Source: Mustelus asterias (taxonomy: Eukaryota). From it: DNA of 55,980 nucleotides. The position numbers and the translations under genes are program-made. Every line of letters starts with the position of its first letter. The first letter of the stretch is position 1. This document shows positions 20,811 to 34,100 of this stretch, in pieces. The stretch lies in contig NW_027592381.1 in the NCBI RefSeq assembly GCF_964213995.1, forward strand, positions 1-55,980, written 5' to 3'. The notes beneath the pieces are model-generated. The model was not told where the DNA came from. It worked only from the letters and a program-made list of their open reading frames with translations, and did not search any database.

Positions 20811-23461
20811 GACCATATAGTGTGATACAAACAGGGTGCGATATGAGCAGAGAGAGAATCTTATGCAGCAGAAATTGGGAATGGCCTTAAGCATTATGAA
20901 CAATAACTTGTTCTCGTGCACTAAGTAATGCAGGCCTAAGACTAACACAAGGAAAGCAATGAATCAGGCCCCAGTGTAATAAATCTGCAGCATAATTCAG
21001 TGCACTTATGTCAAAGAACTGGCCAACTGTAACATTAACAGAGATGTGCTCTATAGAAGCCGATTCTTCTCTAATGCAAACAGGGACACAGTTGAGCTGA
21101 GTGCATGGAAAAGGGACGATCTGACTTTACATTATCATGGAGTGATACCATATAGTATAAACAGAAAGTTGTCGAGTGTAATATGAAATCAGGCAATGGC
21201 CTCAGGAAACGTGGGCAGGGAGAACGTCCAGTTTAATAATAAATTAGCTAAGACATATAATAAAATGTAAAGATATATTTTGCTGCTTACAACAGACACA
21301 AACCCTCAGTTAAGCACAAGGATGATCCAATGAAGTATTACATGAGGCAGGATCTGGTTGTTATCACCAGAAGCCTACTCGTATGCCAAAATAAAGAGGA
21401 CTTCTTGCAATATCAACAGAAATACATCTGGTGCAAAGTGACTAGAGACATTGCCTGATAGAGCAAAAACTGGGAGAGGACCTCCTTTAAAAATCATTGA
21501 CATGGGAAAGGTCGACAGTCTGGAAACATAGCTTGAACCAACTGCCACCAGGTGGACGTAGACTGCTATGACACGAGTTTCTCTGACCTCGACTGCTGAT
21601 GGATGTCTCCGGTAAACGTAGATTTGGCTGAGCACCAATTTCTCTGTTCTCGTTCGCAGCGCAATTCCGACCAAACTCTTTCACCCAGGCCCGAACAACG
21701 TAGTGTACAGATGTCAGGACTCCCCTGAACAAGGCCTTGGCCTGCCTCTCCAGTTCAGAATGGAGCCACTCTCAACTGTCGTCCCCAGAACATTACAAGA
21801 TTTATAAATATAAAGATTTAAATTCAAATTTGGATAAAATAAATTGAAGGATTGGAAAAATAAAAGTACATCTATCTGAAGGGGTTTTTGATATGCGAAT
21901 TAGCAAAGCAGCAGGGAAACAATTGTTTACATGAGTAACTATGGATTGAAATGAAGAGTTGTACTTAAGATAGCATAACATCAAAAGGAATGGAAACTAT
22001 AGCCATGGGAGCAGAGTACAGGAGGAGAGGCTTAGCGGCTACAATAGCCACAGCCATCTGTAGGAAGCAGACTCTGCAGAAAGGCAATGTACTGAAATAA
22101 GCTGCTGTAAAAAAACTCTAACACAGAAGAACCGCTACGCGGGACTGAAAAAAGTTTTCCCAAACCGAAAAGTAACCTGTGGGTGGTCACTGTAATCTGC
22201 ATTAAACTCATAGTCATATAATTTCGAATGATGTTCGGGAGAGGGGCAGTTCTCAGAGGTCAGGAAACTGGGCAGCTGGGAAAAGGGGTCAACCTCATGA
22301 GATACTTTGTGTGTGCAGCCATCATTGAAGTTAACGGTTCTGCTGAAGTGCCTTTTTTGATGTGTGCCTGCTTTAATTTAATAATTATCCATTACTAATT
22401 ATTTGCAACAAGGCTGGGTCATGTCTCACTCATTTCCTTTTTTATATACGTTATGTCAAATTGAAAATTTCCACAACTAAAAATTGGTGTTCCAAATAAT
22501 TCTTGTGTACTTTGGGATGCCCTCACATTTAACATCAGAGAGGTTCTTAACAAACACCATAGCATTGGGTGCCTTTACAGGTTAAATTGAATCGAGGAGT
22601 TAGCTGCCCCATAATGTTCCGAGAGATCAATTTTCTTTCTCAGGAGGTCAACCTTCCGGCCTCAGAATTTCTATTTACCGAAAATAACCCTATCCACCAC
22701 TCTCGTAGGCAAAGTGTTCTGGGTGCTTAGTACTCACTGCGGAAAAATGTTCCTCCTCCATCGTCCTCACCCCCTCTGTCCATTGCCCATAACCTTAAAA
22801 ATATGTTCCCTTCCATACCCCTACCCTATCTTCCGTTAGCACCACCAGCTAATGGGAACATCTTTTCTTTATCTACCTGAGCGAAACCTGGCCTAATTTC
22901 ATCCACCTCGATTACATCTCTCCTCAATCTCCTCCGCTCCCTTGGAGAACACCTACAGCATCATCACCTTCTGGCTAATTTGTGAACGTTTCAAAACGAA
23001 ACTTATTCAAAGATATTTCTCCATGGGGTTTAACTAGAATTGGTCAACTTTTGAAAAACTGGTATCGAACTGAAATATCTTGTGAACTTCTTAGCACTAA
23101 ACAGACTTAAATAAATTCTTCCCTCGTATTTGACAAGTGTTGGTCAACTTTTTCGAAACTCGTTTCAGCATTTTCCAAAGTAACTTTTCCATACCATCAT
23201 CCAGGCGGCTCCAACTTTTTAAAAAATAGCTTAAACTTATCAAAATGTTTTCCAAACAATATAGCAAAAGTTCGTTAAAAAAAGCTCGTTTTAAACATAT
23301 TTAAGGCTCATCTTTCAGTAGAATTTAACTTTAAATACACGGTTTATGTTGAAAAACTAAGATAAATCTCTCCAGAGAAATTTATCTGAGTTGGTCTAAA
23401 GTTATTAAAGACAGTCATCAAAAGTAACATGGAATTTGTAAACTTCTTTTAAAAGTTGCAC

Positions 23462-23534
23462 CGAACAAGTCAGAAATCGAACTTGGAACCATCTACCCCA
23501 TAGTCAGACACTTCATCCATTGCGCCACTGGCCC
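23462..23534 (-). pseudogene. tRNA-Arg(ACG) pseudogene
   Basis: 73 nt GGGCCAGTGGCGCAATGGAT..TCTGACTATGG..GTTCGA..TCG, colinear with vertebrate tRNA-Arg-ACG; anticodon decayed to ATG; stems mismatched. Confidence 0.8.
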
Positions 23535-23785
23535 ATATGCAAATGTATGGCAGTTGTTCCATATTGGCTCGACGCTTCGGAATAGGGCAGAAGCTTTGTC
23601 AAAATTATTTGTTTACTTATGAGGATAGGTTCCATCATTGTGATTTTCTTTATTCATTTGTAGTCATCCCTAATTGCCCTTGAATTGAATTGCTGAGTTA
23701 ATCTGCCATGTTGCAATTAAAGACAATAATTCTGTCCAACCACTAACCACTCCCCTCACTGGATCAATAATCGAATATTACTTGA

Positions 23786-23955
23786 GGTGGAGATGTCCGG
23801 CGTTGGACTGGGGTGGGCAAAGTAAGAAGTCTCACATCAGGTTAAAGTCCATCACGTTTATTCGGAATTTCGAGCTTTCGGAGTGCTGCTCCTTCATCAG
23901 GTGAGTGATTCCAAATAAACCCTTTGGACTTTAAGCTGGTGTGAGACTTCTTACT
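23786..23955. mobile_element. Short Penelope-like inverted-arm insertion
   Basis: Penelope-like 3' terminus in both orientations; hammerhead CTGATGA..GAAA on minus (23870-23907); near-perfect 13-bp flanking repeat GAATWTTACTTGA. Confidence 0.7.
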
Positions 23956-24099
23956 GAATTTTACTTGAAAAGAATATTTTACAAGCATATGACACTGGCT
24001 GTTACATATGCCTCAAGATGCATTCGGAAAAAAGAATAGAAGTGCTGAAAATCCACTACAAACTGAGCACGAAAAGAGATGCTCATATTGTTGCTCAGC

Positions 24100-24570
24100 A
24101 CACATTTTATCAGTTCGTGCAGTGGCTACAAGAGCAGGTCAGAGGCTGGGAATCTTGCGGTGAGGAATTCACCTCCTGAGTCACTAAAACCTGGCCACCA
24201 TTTACAAGGCACAAGTCAAGAATGTGATGGAATATTCTCCACTTGTCTGGATGATGCATGAACTCACCAAATGCACCTTAGAGAGCAGCTTCCAAACCCA
24301 AGACCACTATCACCTGGAAGCTCCCCTCCAGGCCAATCACCACACTGTCTTGGAAATACATCGCTGTTCCTTCACTGTCACTGGGACAACGTCCTGGAAT
24401 AACGAAGCCCTCCCACCCCACCCCCAACAGCTCTATGGATGTGCCTAAACCAATAGACTGCAGCGGTTCAAGAAGGCAGCTCACCAACACCTTCTCAAGA
24501 GCAATTACTGATGGGTAATATTGCTGACACAACCAGCTACACCCACATCTCGTTATTGAATAAAAAGAAA
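24100..24570 (+). mobile_element. Degraded LINE 3' end (CR1/L2 group)
   Basis: YKAQV..VMEYSPLVWM remnant and ggactgcagcggttcaagaaggcagctcacc..ttctcaag tail shared with local SINEs. Confidence 0.6.
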
Positions 24571-27202
24571 CATCCAGCCGGATCCCTGAAAGGGCAATCA
24601 TGGTGTCCCTTGAACAGGTGAATGGTGATAAAATGAATGTCTCCTTACAAGTCAAATCTTTTGAAAATATTTTTCTAGCGAGTGTGTTGTGCTGACGGAT
24701 TCCCTGCAGTTTGTACTTAGATTCTCAAACCAAACCACATGTGAACGCATCTCGAAGTCTCTATCGGAAAGAAATGAACAAAACCTGCGGATTGGGCAAT
24801 AGAAATCAACATTACGTGGCTCGCCCTAGACCAACGAGCGTGCCCTTCCGGTGCATTAACCAAAATATAACTAATTTGTTTGTATCCAAAGCAGCGCAGA
24901 CATTTCTGATAAAAGCCATCAGTGTTGGAAAAAATCAGCACGTCAGCATTTGAGGACTGAATGCACAGTGGTATTGTCACTGGACTAATAATGCAGAGAC
25001 ACAGGGTAACGTCCTGGGGAACTGCTTTAGAATCCCACTCTGGCATTCATATCAGAGTTATGCATTGATGATGGTTTTGGGTGACATGTTCCCCCTGCGC
25101 TGCGTGGGTTTCGTCCTGTTGCTCCGGTTTCCTCCCACACTCCAAAGATGTGTCTGTTAGGAGCATTGGCCACGCTAAATAGCCTCTTAGTGTCCGGGGA
25201 TGCGGAGGCTAGCAGTGTAAATATGTGGGCCTACGAGTCTGTTGTTGGTGCAGACTTGATGAGCCAAATGGCCTACTTCTGCACTGGAGGGTTTCCATGA
25301 TGTTGCTAACTCGAATGTTAGGAACTGGACGCTTTTGAGTATGAAGTACACATTTTACCCGCTACACAGCACAAACAATGCCGAGCGCCAAGCTCAACGG
25401 AGGTGATTTGTTTTCAGCATACCAACAGTAATACCAACCTTGACAACTCATCATAATATGTCACGTCAAACAATATAAGTTCGCTATCAATGCTAAAATA
25501 ATATTTCTGCTTCGACATTTGTTTTTAATGACGTTTTCTCCGTCTTGTTACTGGCTGCGGTTGTGAGCCTGCAATTCATGTCCCTATCAGAGTCCATGTC
25601 CCTCAATACAAGAAGGCAACCGTTACTTTCAACGTGATGCCTCAACGTATCTGGAATTTCAAAATTTAAAAGCGTTCATCCCGCAAATGTCTAAGGGAAC
25701 AGTGATTTCTGCTGTAAATCATAGAATCATCGAATATGCTCAGTCATTAATGCATCATTCTCATCTTCCGTCGAACAATTTCAAACAGTATTTGTTCTTC
25801 ATTCAACATTTAAAATCTATACATTTAATTAACATATATGTCCTCATTCCGAATTGAATATCTCTGAAATGTACAAAAATGGAATGCAAACATGACTGAC
25901 CAACAAAAGAAATCGAGCCACCGGGTCATACACATACCAATCAAGGAATGTCTTTCTATTTGTCTCATTCAGTGAATTCATAATGATCAGAGAGTATGAG
26001 GATGCCGCAGTAAATATGAAACGGATAAGTGAAGTCAGCAACACTCATTTCAGGTCATTTGTGATCTCTGCTGATGCATTGGTTGGAAATGAACATTCTT
26101 CACCTGATATAAGGAGAGATGGACTTAGGCGCATAGGATTCACAGAATAATAGGGAGTGAAATGGACAGAAACACAATGACAATGACAAGTCAGTGAAAG
26201 AGTTAGGGGGAGATACAGTGAGAGAAGCAGATAGAAAAAAGGAGAAGCAATGATTGAGATGGCAGAAGAAATTCAAGGAAGGCATAAAATCAACAGTATA
26301 AAGTACAATCTGATATGGGAAAGATTTATCTTGAAATATCATTTAAATTGAACTCTGATTGTGGAGCATAAGACCACAGGTTCATTTAAATAAATTTAAA
26401 TTTGGGGCACAGATCAAGGAAGTTGACGAATGTAGCAGAGTCCAAAAAAATATCGTGGTCTCCTAACAAGTAAGGCAAATTATAAGGATGGGTGCAGTTT
26501 TCTGAATTGGCGACTTATGATGAGAATTATGAGAGTCCCCATTCCCCCAGTGCCATGCGTCTTATTGATTGATTAGGTGCAGTGGTCAGGAATACGTAAT
26601 GAATGGGCTCCCTCTGTTGGCGGTGACTGTTAAATTGCCTTATTTCTGGAGATTCACTGTATTCATTATATTCTCAAATTATGTGAATGCCAAATGTTCC
26701 CTGATTTGGATTATTGTTATTGTGATGTAAACTATAGGTTGTAGGACTAGTGTGAAACTGAATGCGAGTTGTTTTCTGCACAAATAGCTTTGAAATTTGC
26801 TGTTGAGTGCAATGACGTTGGGTTCAACGCCTGCAATGTTCTGCGAACATTCCCCAATTTAAAAGTAATTCTTTAATTCAAACCGTGGTCGCAAACAATG
26901 GGTATATTCCCATTACCATGACATTAATTGTATCGCAGCTCGATGCATTTCCATTCTCTGGTTTCCAGCCCACCACCGACTTGTAGAGCAAGAGCACAAA
27001 AGTGGCCTGATTGTCTTTTGGAAGAATGAGTCGAGTATGGTTCTGTGCTGGATCTGCCTGCCAGGTTGGATTTTGGGTGGTGGTTTCATCTGAGGTTAAC
27101 TTGGTTTCCTCTGTGTGTGTGTTTGAGAGGCTGACAGCTCAGATAACATCTGGCCATTAAGCAATCCTCAATCGTCACGGGATCGTTCCTCCAGTGTAAG
27201 CA

Positions 27203-27374
27203 GGCTTTTGCACGAAGGTGGGCCTTCTTTCTATCATTGTGCGTCTGAACACGCAGTAATAAGCGGCAGCATCAGTCAGGCTCAGGTCTAATATATTTAA
27301 ACTGATGAATTTCTTCGAGGCCTGGAGATCTACATAAAACCGACTTTTAGAAACATCTGCTTTATATTCATAAC
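27203..27374 (-). pseudogene. 3' half of a TCR alpha/delta V with 23-RSS, truncated at an LTR
   Basis: YEYKADVSKSRFYVDLQASKKFISLNILDLSLTDAAAYYCVFR; CACAATG-23-GCAAAAGCC; the LTR starts at 27375. Confidence 0.85.
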
Positions 27375-27947
27375 TGTCAGGGGAAGTTTCTTGCTTCATA
27401 CCACCAAAAATGACAAGCAGACATGAGTACAGTACAAACAGGCAACACAAGCTTTATTCCCTGTCCAAATAAAAAGCCACAGGCTTGGGGGAAGACAGCT
27501 GCTAGCCAACAGCTTTCTGTGGCCATTGTGCGCTTTACAATTTATAGGGTTTTGAACTTCGCGCCAAATGTATGGTAATGGGCTCATTCAAAGTGGTTGC
27601 TGATAACATGAATGGAACCCACGTGGGTTATTGTCATTCACTACAAGTTATGTGATCAGTAACTACTAAAACAAATAACACAAAGCAGTGACACAAAAGC
27701 GAAGTATTGAAAAGCCATTATAGATAGTTGGAGTTGATCTGTGGCTAATGATGAAGTGATCATATTTCCCCTGAGCTGATCTCATTCTGGAGGGTTCCCT
27801 TTGTGATTTGAAGTTCTTGCATAATCGAATCAGTTGAGCTATTGTCTATGTTTTCCCTGCCTGGAGTCTACAGTGATTAAGACTGAAGTGATTAGGGGGT
27901 GCAAGGAGCCTCTCCATGAGTCATTGTATTGCTGTGAGGTGCTGACA
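27375..27947 (-). mobile_element. ERV LTR (3' LTR or independent related LTR)
   Basis: TGT...ACA termini; colinear with 36876-37389; TATAAA and AATAAA on the minus strand. Confidence 0.85.
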
Positions 27948-27972
27948 ACATTTCCCATCATTCATTACCGGG

Positions 27973-29527
27973 CAAAGAACAACAAAGAACAAAGAACAGT
28001 ACAGCACAGGAAACAGGCCCTTCGGCCCTCCAAGCCTGTGCCGCTCCTTGGACCAACTGGATCATTCGTTTGTATCCCTCCATTCCCAGGCTGCTCATGT
28101 GACTTTCCAGGTAAGTCTGAAACGATGCCAGCGTGTCTGCCTCCACCACCCTACTTGGCAGTGCATTCCAGGGCCCCATCACTCTCTGTGTAAAAAACGT
28201 CCCTCTGATATCTGAGTTTTACCTCGCCCCTCTCACATTGAGCCCGTGATGCCTCGTAATCGTCACCTCCAACCTGGGAAAAAACTTCCCACTGTTCACC
28301 CTATCTATACCCTTCATAATTTTGTACACCTCTATTAGGTCTCCCCTCATTCTCTGTTTTTCCAGGGAGAACACGCCCAGTTTACCCAATCTCTCCTCAT
28401 AGCTAAGACCTTCCACACCAGGCAACATCCTGGTAAACTTTCTCTGCACTCTCTCTAAAGCCGCCACGTCCTTCTGGTAGTGCAGCGACCAGAACTGGAT
28501 GCAGTACTCCAAATGTGGCCTAACCAGCGTTCTATACAGCTGCAACATCAGACGCCAGCTTTTATATTCTATACCCCATCCTATTAAGGCAAGCATACCA
28601 TATGCCTTCTTCACCACCTTCTCCACCTGTGCTGCCATCTTCAAGGATTTGTGGACTTGCACACCTAGGTCCTTCTGTGTTTCTATACTCTTGATGGCTC
28701 TGCCATTTATTGTATAACTCCCCCCCCCCCACATTAGATCTTCCAAAATGCATCACTTCGCAGTTATCTGGATTAAATTCCATCTGCCATTTCTCCACCC
28801 AATTTTCCAGCCTATCTATATGCTGCTGTATTGTCCGACAATGTTCATCGCTATTCCCAAGTCCAGCCATCTTCGTGTCATCCGCAAACCTGCTGATAAC
28901 ACCAGTTACACCTTCTTCCAAATCATTTATATATCTCACAAATAGCAGAGGTCCCAGTACAGAGCCCTGTGGAACAGCACTGGTCACAGATCTCCAGCCG
29001 GAAAAAGACGCTTCGACTGCTACCCTCTGTCTCTTGTGGCCAAGCCAGTTTTCTACGCATCTAGCCACCTCTCCTTGTATCCCATGAGCCTTAACCTTCT
29101 TAACCAACCTGCCATGTAGGACTTTGTCAAATGTCTTACTGAAATCCATATAGACGACATCCACGGCCCTTCCTTCGTCAACCATTTTTGTCACTTCCTC
29201 AAAAAACTCCACCAAATTTGTAAGGCACGACCTCCCTCTTACAAAACCATGCTGTCTGTCACTAATGAGATTGTTCCGTTCTAAATGCGCATACATCCTG
29301 TCTCTAAGATTCCTCTCCAACAACTTCCCTACCACGTACGTCAAGCTCACTGACCTATAAATACTCGGGTTATCCCTGCTACCCTTCTTAAATAACGGTA
29401 CCACATTCGCTATCCTCCAATCCTCAGGGACCTCACCTGCGTCCAACGAAGAGACAAAGATTTCCGTCAGAGGCCCAGCAATTGCATCTCTTGTCTCTCT
29501 GAGCAATCTAGGATAGATGCCATTAGG
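27973..29527 (-). mobile_element. CR1-type LINE, 5'-truncated ORF2 (RT)
   Basis: PEDWRIANVVPLFKKG, QHGF, YMDFSK, VPQGSVLGP, FADD; (ttctttg)n tail. Confidence 0.92.
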
Positions 29528-29833
29528 CATCATGAATTCGATATAACCGCGCAAAAATGTCCATGACATTAAGCATCAAAGTCGTCCCCTTCCACACCTC
29601 CTCTTGCTCCTGGGCGCCCTCCTTGCACCCCAGTGAGCACACCATCTTGATTGAAGAGTTCGATGATTTCTTAGAGATTCCAGAGTGTTTAAAAGATGTT
29701 CAATAATTCGTCAAAGAGTCTTTGGTTTCCTTCAGTTGACAGACCTGGCGTGAGCCATGCTCCTCCGAGCTCCAATGATGGGTGTCTGCTGGAGGTGTCT
29801 CCATGGCGGTCTTTAAATAAATCTTGTCGCTGC

Positions 29834-31157
29834 CTAGGCAGTGTAGTCGCGGAGCTGCGGTTGAGAAGGAGTCTCGGTGCGATACGCGGCGACAGCAGTT
29901 AGCCTGGGCACAAAACCTTTACAAATTGCACTCAGACAGTCAGTCAGCACACAGCAAGCAATGACTATGCCAATTAGAACCATGGCTCCCTGCATTAAAA
30001 ATACCCCCCATGAGCCCCCCATCAGCCAATCCATCCAACTGCTGTTGGGGATCTCATGTAGTTTGTCACTTCGTTGTGAATGTGTTCCGCTAAATTCGTA
30101 AGGTTCTCTGAGGCGTCAGGGATATATGTACAGCATTCTGTTCCTATTAAGGCACAGGTACCTCCCTTACTCGCAAGGAGATAATCTAAGGCTAGGCGGT
30201 TCTGTAGGGCTACTGTACTAAGGGCTATTAGCTCGCTGTTTACCTCTGCCACAGCCTCCGCAGTAGCATTAGCAACTTCTTCCAGAATGCGATTTTCCTT
30301 TTGCACTCGTGCTGTGAGTTCGCCCATCTGTAATCCTAGCCCTCCCAGGGAAGGAATAAGGATTCCCAGGTACGGAAAGGCCCCCCTCCTCTGGATACCC
30401 TCCTTCCATCGGCGATGCTCCTTTAGGGTGGGGATGTGGTGTATGTAGGGAATAGCATAGCCTAGATAGCATGACCCTGCCCAATCATGGGGGAACCAAG
30501 GGTATGCCCTGTGACCGCAGACAAAGTAAGTTCCATTATAAGCAGCAGGGCTGTTTAAAATTCCTGGCTGCAGAAGGATCTGCACCGTGCTGTTTGGTGC
30601 ACACTGGACTCTAAGGGAACTATCAGGTGCTGCTGGCGTAATGTTGAAGGCGTGGCTACAGTCGCTCTTCCCTACTCTGAGGGCCCTGTCTGTCCCTGTT
30701 TTGGATATACAGACTGGCCTGATTGGGCGCCCTGTCCCAGTGGTGTTCGTCAGGGTCAGGGAGGGTGACTGGTGTGTGCGGTCATGACCCAGCAGTCGCC
30801 ATCTACCGAGTGTCCCTGCCTTGCACCCAGCAGACTGTAGCTTCTCCTGTATAGATTTAAGGTGGTGCGTGAGGCTCCTGCCTGCTTCCTGTATAACCCA
30901 CTCTACGGTCTCTTGGGCTCTCAAAGGGATTGGCCTGAGGGGGATTCCAACTTTGGAATGTGGGTACATATCCAGCATTTCGATGCATTCCATTTCTTAG
31001 CATATACACGCGACATATACAAGTACGTATTTACATTCAACTCGCGTCGGTAACGTTTTGAGAGACAGTCTCCCCTGCCACGCAGTAAAGCATAAAAACA
31101 AACAGCGATATACATCTTCCTGTCCGGTGCTGTGACCTGCCTGAAAAACAGGTACAA
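29834..31157 (-). pseudogene. env: ERV envelope, gamma-type, frameshifted
   Basis: CWIC (CxxC) in SU; fusion peptide AFPYLGILIPSLGG; ISD LQNRLALDYLLA; CX6CC (CALIGTECC); TM anchor in the adjacent frame. Confidence 0.9.
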
Positions 31158-31183
31158 TGAGCTTGGAGGTACAATTATTCTTA

Positions 31184-34100
31184 TTAGACTCGCATTACTG
31201 GATCATTGCTGTTCTCGCATCTTTTTAGTTGTGACCAATGCTTCCATTGCCCCTTTCCCCTGATTTCAACGCAGGCGCAGGTATCCCCACTAATGAGGAC
31301 TCGGTGTCGTCCCGACCACCGGGGCGCTAGACCAGGCCTTTCAGGTAGCAATGTAACCATTACATGGGATCCTGCTTTTCGCACTGTGGCCTGTTCAGGG
31401 TACTGCCTTTCTTTATCTTTAAGTTCCTGCTGTTCTCTCGCCTGCTGTCTCATTTCTTTTAGCTGCTCACTCAGTTCTAAGACATATCTGCTGATTTTGT
31501 CTGTTAAGGGTCCAAAATCTTCCCCTCCGGTAATTATGCCTGGGGGCAATTGCGTGGCCCGCCCGGTCATCAGTTCGTAACGCGATTAGGGGATGAGTTT
31601 CATAAGCACAGTGGGTAGGACCTCTGTCCTCCTGTTGTGTTTTCCATGTCAAGCCTTTGCGAGAGCGGACTGCAGGGTCCGATTCATCCTCTCGACCATA
31701 CCTGAACTCTGTGGATGGTAGGGGATGCGGAACTTCTGCTTTATTCCCATCGACTCGCACGTCTTTTTCATAACTGTTCCCGTGAAGTGGGTGCCCTGAT
31801 CGGAATCGATCTGCAAAGGGACCCCCATCTGGGAAATACTTCACTCGCTAGGATTTCTGCAACAGTGGAAGCAATGCAATCCGGGTGGGGAATGCTTCCA
31901 CCCACCGGGTGAATAGGTCAATTATGACTAAACAATATCTCTTGCCCCCTGATGCGGGAAGTGGTCCTGTGAAATCTATCTGGAGATTTTCCCAAGGCCT
32001 CCGGGGTCTTGGATGGTGAGCCATTCGGATCTTTATGGGTAGCCCGCGGTTGTGCTGCGCGCATATGAGACATCGCTGACAGTATTCAGCTATGTCTCTT
32101 CCCATCGCCGGCCACCAATCCCTACTCAGGAGATGATTCATGGCGTTTCTGCCAGTGTGATCACGGCCATGGTTTAACTGCAGCAGGGTGCGCCTGATGC
32201 AATCTGGGGCTATTACCTTTCTTTCCTTCCTCCAGGCGCCCTGGGCATCTGGTTTCCCGCCTCTTTCTTCCCAGACCTGCTTCTCTGCCTCGGGGGTGTC
32301 CCGGTGTAACTGGACTATATCCACACTGTCTGTGGTGATACTAGGTGTTGGGAGAGCGTCACTTAAAACCTGCTGCGCTGCCTTATCAGCTGCAGCGTTC
32401 CCTGCTTGTTCTGGAGTTTCTATTTCCCTATGCACTTTGACTTTAATTACTGCTGCTTCTTTGGGCAGCTTTGAGGCGCGGGATAGAGCTTCAATCCTTT
32501 CCTGGTGCTTTATCCTGTCCCCTCCCGACGTGACAAGCCCCCTGCGATCCCAGGCGGCCATATAATCATGTATGACTCCGAACGCGTATTGGCTGTCGGT
32601 ATATACATTCACGGTTTTGCCCTCTGCCAGGGTCAGGGCCTGTGTTAAAGCCTCTAATTCTGCGACTTGTGCTGACAGGGTGCTGGCTAATCGCCCTGAG
32701 GCTTCCACTTCTAACTTGTCGATAACTGCTGCCCACCCTGTTTTGGGGGTACCGTCAATATATTTCCAGGACCCATCTACATAGAATCTTCAATCAGCCT
32801 GTCCTCAGGGGAATTCTTCTACTGGGGCTGCATCTACCTCTAGGTCGATTTCAGCGCACACATGTAATTCGCCAGTGGCTAAAATCCCTGCAGCGGGGTT
32901 TACTCCTGTGTCCCTTATTATAGTGATTGATCGACCTTTGGGGAGCAGAACTGATTCCCACTTAGCTCTCCTTTAATTAGAGACTGCTCTGAGCTTACTA
33001 TTGTTAAGCATTTCAACGATGGTATGCCTGGTGTGGAGGATGATTTCCCCCGTCATCACCGTGGGCTCGCTAATACTAACTGCCCATGCAGCACAGTCAA
33101 TTGCTGCAACGCAGCAGGACGAGCCGGCTGCCACTGGTGACTGCTGTGTGGAGCAGTAAGCTACGGGTCGCAGGGTTTCCCCATGTGTTTGGGCTATTAC
33201 TGCGGCATAGAATCCCTCCTCATTCTCACAAAATATATGGAAGGGCTTCCTCGGGTCAGGTAAACCGAGACTCGGAACTGCTATAAAGGCTTGTTTTAAC
33301 CTTGCATAAGCTTCCTCCTGTTCGGGTCCCCATTCTATCAGTTTGCCCCCCGGGGCCTCCCCCATTTACTAGCCGCTGTATGGGCTCGGCTAAGGTGGCA
33401 AAATTGGGAATAAAGGTTCGGCTGTAGTTGAACGGTCCCAAAACCTTGCGGACTCCCCTCAGGGAGACTGGCCTGGGCATGACCTGGATGTGGAGATGCC
33501 AGCGTTGGACTGGGGTAAACACAGTAAGAGTTTTAACAACACCAGGTTAAAGTCCAAAAGGTTTATTTGGTAGCAAATGCCATTAGCTTTCGGAGCGCTG
33601 CTCCTTCGTCAGATGGAGTGGATATCTGCTCCATCTGACGAAGAACCAGCGCTCCAAAAGCTAATGGTATTTGCTACCAAATAAACCTGTTGGACTTTAA
33701 CCTGGTGTTGTTAAAACTCTTACCATGACCTCGATGGAAACCCTCCTCTCGTGAGGCATGGTCCGAGTACCCTGGGATATCTCCTGTCCTAAGTACATGA
33801 CAGTGTCTCTTCCTGTATGGGCCTTTTTGGGGTTCATCGTCAACCAGCCCCTTTCTAAGGCTCGCAGCACCTCAATCAGGGCTACAGGATGTCCTTGCCT
33901 GTCTTCTGAGGCAATTAGGATGTCGTCCACATACTGAAGGACAGTGAAGCGGTCGGGGGTGAGATCTACTCCCTCTAATATCCTATTCATAACCTGGTGG
34001 AAGATGGCGGGACTGTTGTGGAACCCCTGAGGGAGTCTCGTCCAGGTATATTGCTTTTCGCCCACAGTGAATGCAAATTTGTCCTGAGACTCCGTGTCTA

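Noticed and set aside
21375-21790. GC-balanced segment with 81-99 aa ORFs
   Set aside because: No recognisable motif or splice structure; probably a repeat fragment that cannot be assigned by eye.
25600-26090. Possible leader/intron/V remnant on the minus strand
   Set aside because: GT..AG spacing is suggestive, but no Ig framework motifs or RSS could be found.
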